Below, one piece after another: positions 1 through 12,878 of a stretch of DNA of 64,000 nucleotides (positions are counted from its first letter, which is position 1; every line of letters starts with the position of its first letter). The notes under the pieces are model-generated. The model ran no database searches and was not told where the DNA came from. It was given only the letters and a program-made list of their open reading frames with translations. Both the position numbers and the translations under genes were made by a program. Location of the stretch: assembly GCF_037042905.1 (NCBI RefSeq), contig NW_026974140.1:15438001-15502000 (forward strand). Direction: 5' to 3'. The DNA comes from Lytechinus pictus (taxonomy: Eukaryota).

Positions 1-3000
1 ACGCTCAAGGAGAGCCAAGTAACCTCTTTCTTGTTCCTGGAGATGTTCCTGAAGGCGGTTTAGTTTGGCCACCTGGTCATCCTTCTCTGGATTGTCCATT
101 GAGTTTTGAAGAGTAGACATCATGGCATTGGCCTGTTTCACATAATCCTACAAAAATTGAGAAAAAGAATTAATGAAAAATGTTATAGTAAAGAATGTAG
201 AAATGAGATACCCAGTAACATTTTACAAAGTAACCATATGAAAGAACTAAATTTTTTTAATGCCCAGTAACATTTTAAAAAGTAACCATATGAAAGAACT
301 AAACAATTTTTTTAATGCCCAGTAACATTTTAAAAAGTAACCATATGAAAGAACTAAACAATTTTTTTAAATGCCCCCCCCCAAAAAAAAAAAAACTAAT
401 CGTTGAATAGCACATATCATAGATAACAGAACCATATTAATAATTATAGCCGCATTTCATTACTTAAACACAAAGAAAAATGATGGTCATTTTTAATTAA
501 AATTTTATTTCTTGAAATGCATAGACAGTGGCTACTTACTCTTATTTGCATGAGTCTGGCCACTATTTTATTTCGATCAGGCTGAAAGAAAATGGAAAAC
601 AAAATCATCCTTAAGTTTGATCATAGTAACTAGCTTACAGGAACTAATGTCACTCTAGAGAACTAAAGGTGGTGAGAATCTGCCAAACTCATTATATGGC
701 AAGCAGCTCTGATTACCCAGCATTCATGTCTTAAATTTTGAAAGCTTTAGAGCAAGCCTACTTTTCTACTATATAACAGCATAAAAAATCTCAAACTCCA
801 ACGAGAGAGGCCAGTTGAAGGGGCATCCACAGCAATGGCTTTCAATAGCCGTGAATAAATGTACTGCCAGCATTCATCATGATTTGATCATAACCTCTTT
901 TCCATTTGGGAATCGGCTGCATCTAGTTTGCTTAACCTTATTTCAAGCACAGGAATGTTATCAGGGTGACACCCTAAATAGAAGTATTCTGTAATCATGT
1001 CTCATTACTGGCCTAAGAAGGATGCAGGCAGACTAACAAATGAACAGGATTGTTCTTCATGTTTAACAGTGAAAATTGAAGGCTATAAGATATCAGGTCA
1101 ATTAAGTGATAATATTGATCAAATAACGTATAGCAGGAAGTGCAAATTGTAATTTTAAAATAATGTAGTTGCAGCAAACAATCATTTCATGAAAAAGTCT
1201 TTTAAATCAAGGTCAATTGTCAACCTTTTATCATGGATCTAGACCTGGAACATTAACATAAACTTATCTTTGTGAAATCATGAAATATTAGCTGATAACT
1301 GACATCACTAATGATCCCTAACACAGAAAAGCATATGTGGGACAGTGCATTAATAATATTGCTTGGAAAAATACCCTTATTTTGCTCATTTCTCAGCAAC
1401 TGCACTTTTTCTTCCAGAGCCATGTGGCACATATTTTTATTTGCACATGCAAACACCTGGGTGGTCATTTCATTGGATTCTGTTCGAAGTCAGTTTTAGA
1501 TTGTTACCACAACTGGCATTTCTTTTTAACCTGCTTAATCTGAAGAAAAAAAAAGTATGGCGATATCTTTATTACTGATATAAATAAGAGATATAGTAGT
1601 TTACTCATGACATTAATGCTTTGAATTTGTATCATAAAGTTTAATGCAGCCAATGAGTATTTGAAAATAGATTTACCTTCTCATTGACAAAGATTGTATC
1701 CAGTATGGAGGGAGGCCTTCTCATACCACTTTCAACTGATGATGTATCATCACCTAGTCTTGCATTGTTCACTCTATTGGCAATGCTCACTGATCCCAAA
1801 GCTTGGCTATCTGTGCTTTGCTATACATAACCAAAACAAGAAAGAACAGTTTACCTCTTATAAAAAAAGTAAGAAACTAATGATGTATAGTAGACACAAT
1901 GATAAGTATCATGCTGACTGTTTCACAAGTGTGTGTATACAAAGTATACAGATGAGCCACCAAAATATAGCTACTTCTTCACACTTTAACAATATGGTTT
2001 AACATGGTCAAAATTGGAGTTTTGTCTCATATTTGAAAAAGAAAGCCAAAAGCGCTCCTCACGTCAAATTTTATTAAATAAAGAGTATTACATGTAAGTT
2101 AGTAGGAGTCTGTAAATTGACTTGTTATTTAATACACCACTTATCAATACAAAAAAAAGAAAGCTTACATCATCAACATCACTGTAAGTAAGCTGTTGTC
2201 TGAGGTGCTCTAGCTCCTCTCTATCTAAAACGGAACTAACATGCTGTGTTCTGGGGTAGGTTGCGGGTGTGCGACGGCGGGAAGGACCATTACTCATCAT
2301 AGCAGCACCTTGTGCATCCTGTTGTGATAGATATGAAAACTTCAAATGATTTCTTCACAAAGGAATGCGATATGATTTTGAAAGAAGTTAATTAGCCTGC
2401 AGATGTATCTGTCTATATCAATTGAAAATTATACATGGTAAAAATCACACAAGTGAAGAGAAAAACTGTTATCTGTGATTGACGATCGTTCAACATCAAA
2501 CTATGCAAGAAGAAAAAAATCTCACAAATTCACACTTTTTCGGGGGAATCTAACCCAAATCAAAGTTGTTTTTTTAAGAAACAAATAAAGAGAAGCAGAT
2601 CTATATGTGAAAATTTGAACAAATAAGAAAAAAGCATTCAAAAAGTCAAGAATTTTAAAAAGTTGCAAAAAAATGCTATACCTACACATAGGTACCTAAT
2701 TCAATTGTAATGAATTTTGCTCCAATACATCAAACAAAATGACAACCTAAATCATAGTTCTCAAGTTTTTACTCAGAATGATATTTTTTCAGTTCTCACA
2801 AATCAGTCACTAACTTTATATTCTAAGTGATCTCATTTTTAAAACATACACAAATTTCCTACTTCTGTTTCCATTTCTGTCTGTTTTTCTGATTTTCATA
2901 TATTTTTGTTTTACAGTCATTTTATCAAAAAGGTTGGCTTCTCCATTAGAAACAAAATTAATATCAGTTCATGTAAATGTCCCAATTTTACAGGTCAAAA

Positions 3001-3736
3001 ATTACATATCTATTACATGTACTGATCAACATATTTATCAATGCTTTACAATTAATATTTCAAGGATTTACATGGACAAATTCATTGTGAACTTACTGCT
3101 TTCCCAGAGACATTTTGTTCCCTCTCCTTATTCTTTGACTTTTTATTCCGAACAACAGCTGAAGGTTGCTCAGCAAATGTAGAACTTGGCTTCCAATTGT
3201 ACTGAAATAGAAGTTGCAAATAATCAAATATAATTAATATCAAGTCATAACTACTCTGATCAAACTCCTATAAATAAGAAAAGGTCATGTACAGGTATGA
3301 ATAAATTTTTAAAACAAACCTAGTACACGCACTGCCAGTACCGTCCCCGCGTCCCTTCTTCTAAAAGTGCATGAAAATCCTACTAGCACTTTTTTCAAAT
3401 GTCGAAAACATGAAAGAAAGTAAATTATTGCATATGAAGATTGGACAGCACAATTACTCTACAAGAAGAAAACTATACTATACTATGGCCAAATTTCTTT
3501 TCAAGAATATGAAATTGAAGCTCACAGTAACAAGCTTTTTAAAACCTTTTCTATTTACACCACTTTTACAAATGAATACTTACATAATTATTTGGCTTGC
3601 TGTCCTCCTTCTCACCACCTATCAAATTAAAAAGGAAGTCATCCATGGGTTGTGTGAAGTTGTACCTAGGTACAGCATTCACCCGAGGCTCAGACATCAC
3701 ACTACGCTGAAGCGGAGGAGCCCTGCTGGCTGCCAT
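1..3736 (-). CDS. PCM1: Pericentriolar material 1 protein (centriolar satellite scaffold), 5' coding exons; gene continues beyond the left edge
   Basis: Six phase-0 GT-AG exons join in frame: 3736-3584 (MAASRAPP...SKPNNY), 3201-3097 (YNWKPSS...KKSKNKERE...), 2318-2169 (...SRRRTPATYPRTQHVSSVLDREELEHLRQQLTYSDVDD), 1820-1677 (QSTDSQ...), 581-540 (PDRNKIVARLMQIR), 147-<1 (DYVKQANAM...LNRLQEHLQEQERGYLALLER). These match the recalled vertebrate PCM1 N-terminal blocks (RRTKTPHTFP...ELEKLKQRINFSDLD; IVSRLVQIRDYITKASSM...HLKEQEKSY). Confidence 0.88.
211..376. repeat. Intronic tandem repeat, ~52-55-bp unit, 3 copies
   Basis: CCCAGTAACATTTTA(C/A)AAAGTAACCATATGAAAGAACTAAA...TTTTTTTAATG occurs three times head-to-tail. 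Confidence 0.9.
2542..2947. mobile_element. Degenerate Kolobok-like MITE
   Basis: Starts GGGGAATCTAACCC and ends GGTTGGCTTCTCC, resembling the TIRs and subterminal sequence of the TTAA-flanked element at 8434-9018. TSDs have decayed. Confidence 0.5.
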
Positions 3737-4494
3737 GCTGTTTAGGACAGAAAAAAAAATATTATCAGAGAAGAAAAAAAAAAGCACTGCAATACGGGAA
3801 AGCAAGAAAGGTTGATGTGATGGCAAACTAATGTTTTAATAGGTAAATAACCCGATGAGCTACTGTAACATGAAGAAAAGGCAGACTTCTGACACTTGAT
3901 GTCTCTAAAAACTCTCTACTGTTGAAATTGAACACTGCAATCAAAGATAGGCAAATAGATCAAAGAAACATTGTTGGAAGTAATATTTTGTGAAAAGAAC
4001 GTTCCAAGCTTAAGGTCCATAACCTGTCAGATCTCAGACAGTTAATCATAAACAAGTTTATTATGTTCCAATACAGATATATTGACCTAATCATGACATT
4101 TGTCACCTAGAGCTCTTCATGTGATCACTCATTCTGTTGTAAGGGGGCCCTAGAACTGAACGTAAGATGAACCATAAGTTGCTATTAACTTCCACACAAG
4201 TTTCAGTTAATATATAATATTGTTCTTTAATATTCTCAAAAGGGTGCCAAAATCCCATTAAAATTTGAGTAAAATATACAAATTTTTATAAGAAAAGTAC
4301 AACCCTTAACTTTTTTGCTTAAATTTGAAAAGACAATGGTGCTCAAATGTCTGCATACCCAATCACTTCAAACATCATTCAGGGTTTGGATGAGAAAAGA
4401 TGCAGTTTGCTTCCTTAATAAAATAAACAAGTATGAAATGCATGTGTCCATACGTAGGGCAATGTTTATATTCAAACCTAAAAAAATATCTTTA

Positions 4495-4731
4495 AGGCCC
4501 TGTCACATTGTACCGTGCAAGCCTTGCGGGTGATTGCCCGCAACTCGCCTGCAACAAAGTTTTGAGCATGTTCAATACTTTTCTGCATGCAATCAGACTT
4601 GCGTGCGCTTCTGCAGGCAACTGTGTGTGAAATACTGTCAATGCGGGCGACCTGTGGGCGACTTGCGGATGGCAAAAATAGTTGACTGCAAATCACACGC
4701 AAGGCTTGCACGGAACAATGTGACAAGGCCA
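4495..4731. mobile_element. PIF/Harbinger-like MITE
   Basis: TIR GGCCCTGTCACATTGTACCGTGCAAGCCTTGCG / CGCAAGGCTTGCACGGAACAATGTGACAAGGCC, with TWA trinucleotides on both sides. Confidence 0.8.
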
Positions 4732-5800
4732 TAATAGTCTGGTCTGTTAGCGAAATTATGTGGACACGGTGGACAAAAGCATGATTTTTTCTCCAGACCT
4801 TTGTTTATGTATAAGAATTAAAAATGGGGTATGCTCCAAAAAATCTGGCTGCAGGAACATAGAAAAAATGGGTGAAAATGTCAGAATTTATGAGTTTAGA
4901 TTGGTCTGATATATAGACTAGCGGTAGTGCAATACTCAATAGCAGTGCATTATTTTGCATTGGTTTAGTTCTTGAATTCAGACCCTTTTTTAACAGATGT
5001 TCTGTTTGTCCTCACATCTCAATGCACCAAATATCTGAATGCAGATGCTAAACAAGGCGAAGGGTGCCGGTGGAGGGGGTTGAACGTTGGTGTGTATGTA
5101 CATATTTTGGTCTTGGGGTAAAGATGTGCAAGATTCATTTTTTGCATGTGTTGGAAATTGTGTTGCCATGGTAACAGTGTATTATGGCAAAAATAAGGTA
5201 AAAATCTTGCAGTTAGAACTACTTCCTTTGTTTTCATCCGATTCTCATGAAATTTGGCACACACATTATCTTGAGATGAAGATGTCTAAAACACATTTTT
5301 GTGTGTCTTTCAGAAATCTTGTTGCCATGGTAACAACATATTATATGGTGAAAATTGGGGGGAAAATACTTACAATTCAAACTGCTTCATCAGTTTTCAA
5401 TCAATTCTCATGAAATTTGGCACACACATTGGTATTAAAGTAAACATGTACACGGCACTTTTTGTGTGTGTTTCAGAAATTGTGTTGCCATGGTAAAAAC
5501 ATATTATATGGCAAAATTTAGGTAAAAACCTTGCAATTTGAACTACTTCATCAGTTTGAACCAATTTTCATGAAATACGGCTCACACATTGGCCTTGAGG
5601 TAAAGATGTGCAAGAACCATTTTTGGGTGCATTTGTCAGAGAGTGCATTGCCATGGTAACCACATATGATAGCCAGAAATGAAGGAAAACTAATTGTGGA
5701 TCAAACTACTTCCCCTGTTTTTAGTCAGTGCTCATAAAAGTTGGAAGAAATATTCATCTTGGGGTAAAGTTTTATATTAGATTTTAAATGTCTTCTAAAA

Positions 5801-6324
5801 CAGTGCTTCTCAACTTTTTTTTACTCGAGGACCACTTTGACTCTCATATTTTTTTTCCGAGGCCCACCTACCCAAAATTTAAGAAAACGTCCATTTTGAT
5901 GTAAAAAAAAACGTTTCATGAAAATTGAACACAAAGCTCTGAAGCACATTCGCATCAAGCTGTTTGAGAACTAATCTGCATTCGGAAATGTCCGGTAAAT
6001 GGGCGACAATTAACTACATACACAATATGCATGCACATGAGGTTTACATCAAAGTTAGATCGAAAACATCATATACATGTAGTAAAGTGTGCATGTATAT
6101 GCTTTACAACATGCACGATACCAAAAATGTGTGCTTAGATTTTGTTTGACCCAAGTAGACCGATCGGACAAAACATTTTAACATGTTCAGACAGGTATAT
6201 GTGTATACCATAGTTTTCCTCTATTTTTTTTTTCTCTCTCTCTCTCTCTTCAGCTTATCGTGGCCCACCTGCAATTGCTTCGCGGCCCACCAGTGGGCCG
6301 CGAAGCATGGGTTGAGAAGCGCTG
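5801..6324. mobile_element. hAT (Charlie-like) MITE nested in the left arm of the foldback element
   Basis: TIR CAGTGCTTCTCAAC / GTTGAGAAGCGCTG; 8-bp TSD TTCTAAAA / TTCTAAAC, fitting the nTCTARAn preference of Charlie elements. Absent from the opposite arm. Confidence 0.85.
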
Positions 6325-8433
6325 TTCTAAACTGCATTAAAATGTTCACGCCAGATTGTGGGGGTATTAATCACCTTCAGTAATATTTTTAGGTTTTTTA
6401 GGGGAGGGGCGGGACTGGTCCTTAAAATCTGACATCAAAATAAAGAAGGTTAAAGGCGGTGGCCATTAGGAACATAAACATGATAAACACTCTTAAAATA
6501 AGCATCCCCTCAACTGCATAAGCTGGGGGTACACTGGGTGAATGTGAAGCCGTCCGCTAACGCAGAGGAGTTCCAACACTGGCAAGCAAAACGAAATATG
6601 TACCCCTTCTACTTTCAACAGCTGATTTTCCAAACCTTATTTCCACCTCCCCAAGATGTGCACCCCTCCCCATACCACTTTTAGTTCTACCCCCCATGTT
6701 CAAACCAGTCTACGCCTTTGCCCCTCAGGGGTCTTTGCATTTTTAAAGCGAGACATTACTCCCTTTTTTTTGGGGGGGGGGGGTCTTTAGAAAATGACCT
6801 TATAAATGTAAAAGTTAAAGGATTATGACTAGGAACTTACCCCCCCCCCGAAAAAAATAGGGGGCTGATATATTTTTTGAGCAGAAAAATGCCCCCCCCC
6901 CCCTTAAAAGGTAAGAAGAGTCATTTGCACTTCCGACCATTCATTTGAAGTTTAATGCATTCTGCTTTGACAAAAAAATTGTTTACGGTACCCAATTAAT
7001 CATTGTTTATTTATATTCTCCTACTCAGTCTTTTATTCATATTTCGTTTTAACTTTATCACATCACTTTTGATTTTGAGCTTCGCCATACCATCTCCTTC
7101 TGTTTCCTCTCTCCGTTTTTTACTCTCTTCTCTCTCCAAGTACATTTTTTCTGACATATTATAAAGTGTACCTTTAATCATGCAACTAATTATAGAAATA
7201 TATACATATACAAAAATCTCTGCACTTGTTTTAGAAATTCACTCGCAAATCCATGACTCAATAACATACCATATCAAAAATATACATATGTGCACAATAA
7301 ATTTTAGCCTTCTATTTTCTTTCATTTAATTTTTTCAGTATAATTCTGTGACAGCCCCTGCTTTATACATCGTACATCTCCCATTGTCAAAAACTGCCAA
7401 TATTATGTTTCAGTAGCAAATTTGTTGGATGCAAGCTGTGACTGTCATAAAAAAATGCAAATAATTTTCCATTGGAGTAAAGACAAACATATTCACTGTA
7501 CATTGAGGAAATGATGACTTTTTATTTCTCTACATATAATTATATTCTAGTCATATCCCTTTCAGATGGTGGTAACTGCAGGAATGGGAAAACTTAGTGA
7601 TAAAACTAAAATTTTCACAGAAAATAACTAAATCCATTTTTGTCAAGCAATAGTTATTCCATTCTGAATGCTGCAACCTTGTTAATATGAATTTGATGCA
7701 CCTTTACCAAAATAAAATATCATGACAGTCATTTCTTCAATTCTTTAAACTAGACATTAAATATTGCTAATAGTATTATTCAGGACAGAATGTAGCCAAA
7801 ATGGAGTTTAAACGATTATGAAAAAAAAATGTCATGGTATTATATTTCAGTGTAGGTGTAAGCATTCAAAATGGAATAATTGTTGCTAGATAATAATAAA
7901 TCAAAATAGCAAAAAAAAAAATGTACTTAGAGAGGGAGAAAAAGAGGGGGAGAGAGGAAACAAAACAAGAAGAAGGTATATGGTAAAGCTCAAAAGTGCA
8001 AAAAGTGATGTAAGAAAGTCAGAGTAGGAACTGAAATGAACAAAGACTGAGTAGAAGATAAATAAAATATTGATTATAAATTGGGCACCGGAAACGATCT
8101 TTTATCAAAGCAGAATGTTTAGGGCTTTAGATTAATACGCTGAAGTGTAAATGATTTTTCTTCGCCCCCCTTTTTTTTTTGGGGGGGGGGTTAAGTTCCT
8201 AGTCGTATAATGATTTCCTTTTACTCTTTATGTGGCAATTTTCTAAAGCCCCCCCCAAAAAAAAAATGGAAGGGGCGCTTTTTTTAAGAGTGTTTCCGTT
8301 CCTAATGGTCATAGCCTTTAACCTTCTATATTTTTATGTTGTCAGTTTTTAAGGACCTCCTCCGCCCCCCAAAAAAAGAACCTATAAATATTATTGAAGG
8401 TGATTAATACCCTGCGCTATTATATGACGTTAA

Positions 8434-9018
8434 AGGGGAATCCAATCCAAATAAACACTTGTTTTCAGAGGAAAAGGAAAAATCAGACAAGTTTATAGGT
8501 CGAAGTTTGAACAATATCGGACAAACCATAAGAAAGTTGTGAATATATAACTTGTAAACATTGGTAATCACTATACCCATGAAGACTTCAAATTGACCGC
8601 ATAAGTGATGTCATAGTGATGTAATGCAAGGACCACTGACTCTTCCATGTACTGGTATTGGCTAAAATGTCTTTTTTCAAAAGTTTTACTTTAAATTATA
8701 TCTTTCTATCATGAGGACATAAAACAATATACTACCGGGTTTATATTACGGCCCCAATGGAATAAGGATTTAGGAGAAAACCAAAAATCCTGATAATTAA
8801 GTACAAGGCCTATGGGAAAGTTGTCCTTGCGGCCTCGCCCCTTGTCATAATTTACTTACCCAGTTGCCAATTTGAAATCTACATACTAGTAGTCTTAGGG
8901 ATCTTAATTTTAAGACAGCTATAACTTTATTTTGCTTGTCCGATTTCTATCAAACTGTCACCATTCTTATTTTTCTCTTTTTCCACACAACATCTTATGA
9001 CCAAGGCTGGATTCCCCT
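8434..9018. mobile_element. Kolobok-like MITE nested in the right arm of the foldback element
   Basis: TTAA | AGGGGAATCCA ... TGGATTCCCCT | TTAA. Absent from the opposite arm. Confidence 0.85.
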
Positions 9019-11348
9019 TTAACACTGAATATGAATCTTTACCCAAAATGAATATTTGTGTCAACTTTTATGAGCATAGGCTGAAAACCGAGAAGTAGAT
9101 TGATCCACAATGAGTTTTCCCCGCATTTTTGGCTATCATATGTGGTTACCATGGCAATGCACTCTCTGACAAATGCAAAAAAAAGTTCTTGCACATCTTT
9201 ACCTCAAGGCCAATGTGTGAGCCGTATTTCATGAAAATTGGTTCAAAACTGATGAAGTAGTTTAAATTGCAAAGTTTTTACCTAAATTTTGCCATATAAT
9301 ATGTTGTTACCATGGCAACACCATTTCTGAAACACACACAAAAAGTGCCTAGTACATCTTTACTTCAATAGCAATGTGTGTGCCAAATTTCATGTGGATT
9401 GATTGAAAACTAATGAAGCAGTTTGAATTGTAAGTTTTTTTCCCTAATTTTCACCATATAATATGTTGTTACCATGGCAACAAGATTTCTGAAAGACACA
9501 CAAAAATGTGTCTTAGACATCTTCACCTCAAGACTAATGTGTGTGCCAAATTTCATGAGAATCGGATGAAAACAGAGGAAGCTAGTTCTAACTGCAAGAT
9601 TTTTACCTTATTTTGCCATAATACACTGTTACCATGGCAACACAATTTCCAACACATGCAAAATATGTATCTTGCACATCTTTACCCCAAGACCAAAATA
9701 TGTACATACACACCAACGTTCAACCCCCTCCACCGTCACCCTTCGGCTTGTTTAGCATCTGCATTCAGATATTTGGTGCATTGAGATGTGAGGACAAACA
9801 GAACATCTGTTAAAAAAGGGTCTGAATTCAAGAACTAAACCAATGCAAAATAATGCACTGCTATTGAGTATTGCACTACCGCTAGTCTATATATCAGACC
9901 AATCTAAACTCATAAATTCTGACATTTTCACCCATTTTTTTCTATGTTCCTGCAGCCAGATTTTTTGGAGCATACCCCATTTTTAATTCTTATACATAAA
10001 CAAAGGTCTGGAGAAAAAATCATGCTTTTGTCCACCGTGTCCTCAAGTAGGGTATTTTTGACGCTAACAGACCGGACTATAACAATCTGACATCACCAAC
10101 ATGAAAAGCAACCTAAAATTTTCCTACAACATAAATTTCTTTAGGAAAGGATCAGTATTTATGAAAATATTGACAAAAAGAAGGAATTTTTATTTTCAAA
10201 CTTTAAAGTTTAGTTTTAGCTCTCTGTGTGGTCACCCTAGGCTATAAGTATTGATCTAATCCTAATAATAATAATTCACAATTAGTCTACTTAGGGTCTA
10301 GATCTATGCCGTAACCGTATACGGATATAACATAAGCAGGTGCCATTATCCTCTTGGCTTTTGGATTTGTAAATTGTAGTTCTTAATTAATGTCATATTG
10401 TGTTCAGAATGTTTAAGTCGAATTGTATTCCCAATTAGGTCTAGATCTAGAGTCTATTACCAGGATACTTGAATTTACTCACATGATTCTCGACCCGTTA
10501 TATTTAAGTTGTATGGCAGTGAGTCCATACTTCGCAGACGGTCATTATCTCAAAAACTAGCCAATATCCTTAAAATATCTGACATCGTCAACGTGAAAAG
10601 AGACCTAAAATTACCCTTTAGTGTAAGTTTCTTCAGGATGAGTTCAGTATTCATGAAAATATTGACAAAAGATCGGCAAATTTTTCACTGTTAGCGCCCG
10701 TTCCGAAGAAATCTGATATTCTCAACAAGCATCACGATATCATCATTTTGCAAGCAGATATCATCAAAAATGCGAGTTCAATGTGGTACTGACCGATTCT
10801 GTAGCATATTGTCGTCAATCTGATTTTATATCTCACTTTTTGAGCTTGGGTTTTTGTTTAAATATCCACAAAACCTTTGGTCCACGAAGTTAGGTCACAG
10901 TTTTTCAGAACGATTTTCTAGCACAGCGTGCATTCGTCGATCAGAATAGAATTTTGAGATTGCGATACCGGCGAAACCCCTGAAGGTTTGACCTACTTCA
11001 CATTTTCGTCAATGATTTTATAGTTTACAATCTTGCCGTCAATGTGGTAACTATTTCTTGAATTGGGTTTGCATAAATTGTGAATATTTTTTTGTAAACA
11101 AATTTAAGCCTGAAGAATATTTTGAAAAGTTCGCGAAGTTTGGACACCCCATCATATTCGCCAATGATCTCTATATTTGAATGCATAATTAATTTTCGTA
11201 ATGGCGTTTTGTTTCTTTGTTTTACTGAGATATCTTGTATGATGGTGGGCCCCAAGTCTGCGCACCTAACAATTTGAGTTAAGATTTAACATGAATTTCT
11301 TCTTATTTCACAAAATCTTTTGGTTAATAGTGTTCCTTGTATTATTAA

Positions 11349-11931
11349 AGGAGAATGAAACTCTTGGAGCAAGTTAGCTTTTGTGAAAGCAGAAAAATCA
11401 AAGAATAAGATCAACAAAACTTTGAGTAAAATAGGACTAGCAATAAAAGAGTTATGAGCATTTGAATGTCGAGATCACTAATGCTATGGAGATCCTCCCA
11501 TTGGCAATGCGACCAAGATCTGTGATGTCACACACGTACAACTCTCCCATTTGGACACTGAAAATATACCCCAAAACATCTCTTTTTGCTCATTCTAATC
11601 ATATGACAAACGATTCATCAATGATATAATGTTGTGAAACCTCTGTACTTGTCATCTCATACAGAGAACACCTCACCTTGTGATAGACTCTATAAAAGTG
11701 AGAATATAAGTGAAATAAGTACTAAAGTAATGAGGGAGTTGTACGTGTGTGATATCACGGATCTTGGTCGCATTGCCGATGGGAGGATCTACATGGCACT
11801 AGTGATCTCAATATTCAAATGCTCATAACTTTCTTATTATTCATTTAATCTTCCTCAAACTTTCAACAATATGTTTCTTTGATTTTTCTCTTTGATATGG
11901 ATTCAGCTGGTTTCAAGGGTTTCATTCTCCT
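11349..11931. mobile_element. Kolobok-like MITE with long imperfect TIRs
   Basis: TTAA | AGGAGAATGAAAC ... GTTTCATTCTCCT | TTAA. Internal inverted match TGGCAATGCGACCAAGATC / GATCTTGGTCGCATTGCC. Confidence 0.85.
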
Positions 11932-12392
11932 TTAAGAGTAAGTGTACCAAATTTCTCATTAAAAAATGAAAGAAAATATAAGATTTTCTTGAAAAAACCT
12001 TTGGGCAGTCATTTTCAGATTGAAAAAAAAATGGTACCCCATGTCTGCGCACTCATTCACTTTGCACACGATTCAGGGATTTTGATGACAAAGCCAAAGG
12101 CTGCATTTTGAGGCCGTCACATGAAATGCCCTGAATTCATTATTTTTCCACCATTTGAGTCAGATTTTTTTATGAATACCAGTCTATGTATTGCATGTGT
12201 AAAGTTCGTGCTCGTTGCGTATCTTCTTTTACTAGAAAAGTAGAATCGCGCAGATACGCGGGTGCGCAGACTTGGGAGACCGCGCAGACATAAGGGAACT
12301 GACCATACACTTAATGACTTAGTCTAGGGATCTATTAATTCTTCTTTCTTAGCGCTTTGAGATCTAAAGCGCAATATAAATTTGGTATATTA

Positions 12393-12878
12393 CAGTAGAG
12401 GCGCACGGCCAAAAATGGAGACTGTCTCCGATGTGGGAGATTATCTCCAATATCAGAGACTTTTGTAAAGAATTTGGGTAGGCCCCTATCCAATTTCAGA
12501 GACAGTCTCCAGTTTTGGAGACCAATTTCCTTTGACGCTTTGTTTACATTTGCTGCAAAAGGAGACCTTGGCAGCAAATAAAAATGTGATGAGCAGATTC
12601 CTCATAAAAAATTACCACTTTTCACCATCTACTTAAAAATTTCACCGTCTACTTTTGTTTTGATAGGGATTTTTGGGCACGATTTTTGTTGTCGATCACA
12701 CACAAAACAAATGGGCTTCTGACCTCGGTGAGACAAAATTTTGGGTGGAAAAAATCCTGCTTTTGTTGGTGTTTCTTTTGTCCTTTTGCAAATTAAGCAA
12801 GTCTCCAAAAGAGTCCAATATGGGAGATTGTCTCCCATACTGGAGAGAGTCTCCCATATTGGCCGTGCGCCTCTACTG
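12393..12878. mobile_element. Tc1/mariner (pogo/Tigger-like) MITE
   Basis: TA | CAGTAGAGGCGCACGGCCAA ... TTGGCCGTGCGCCTCTACTG | TA, with subterminal GGAGAC/GTCTCC repeats. Confidence 0.88.

Larger units (their letters stand above)
4735..10079. mobile_element. 5.3-kb foldback-type non-autonomous DNA transposon with very long TIRs (TAG...CTA termini, 3-bp TAA TSD; possibly Academ-like)
   Basis: Termini TAGTCTGGTCTGTTAGCG / CGCTAACAGACCGGACTA, with TAA at 4732-4734 and 10080-10082. 4761-5770 is the reverse complement of ~9035-10042, and 6360-7150 is the diverged reverse complement of ~7910-8412. Each arm holds about 5 copies of a ~120-bp GTTGCCATGGTAAC-containing unit. The superfamily call is inference. 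Confidence 0.85.

Noticed and set aside
5019-9784. Twin ORFs 5019-5264 (-) and 9506-9784 (+) with near-identical peptides
   Set aside because: They are the two arms of the foldback inverted repeat read through its tandem units, with no transposase or other domain motifs.
11245-12305. Recurring GTCTGCGCAC motifs in both orientations, suggesting another element around the Kolobok-like MITE
   Set aside because: Probably a transposon fragment, but I could not define both termini or a TSD.
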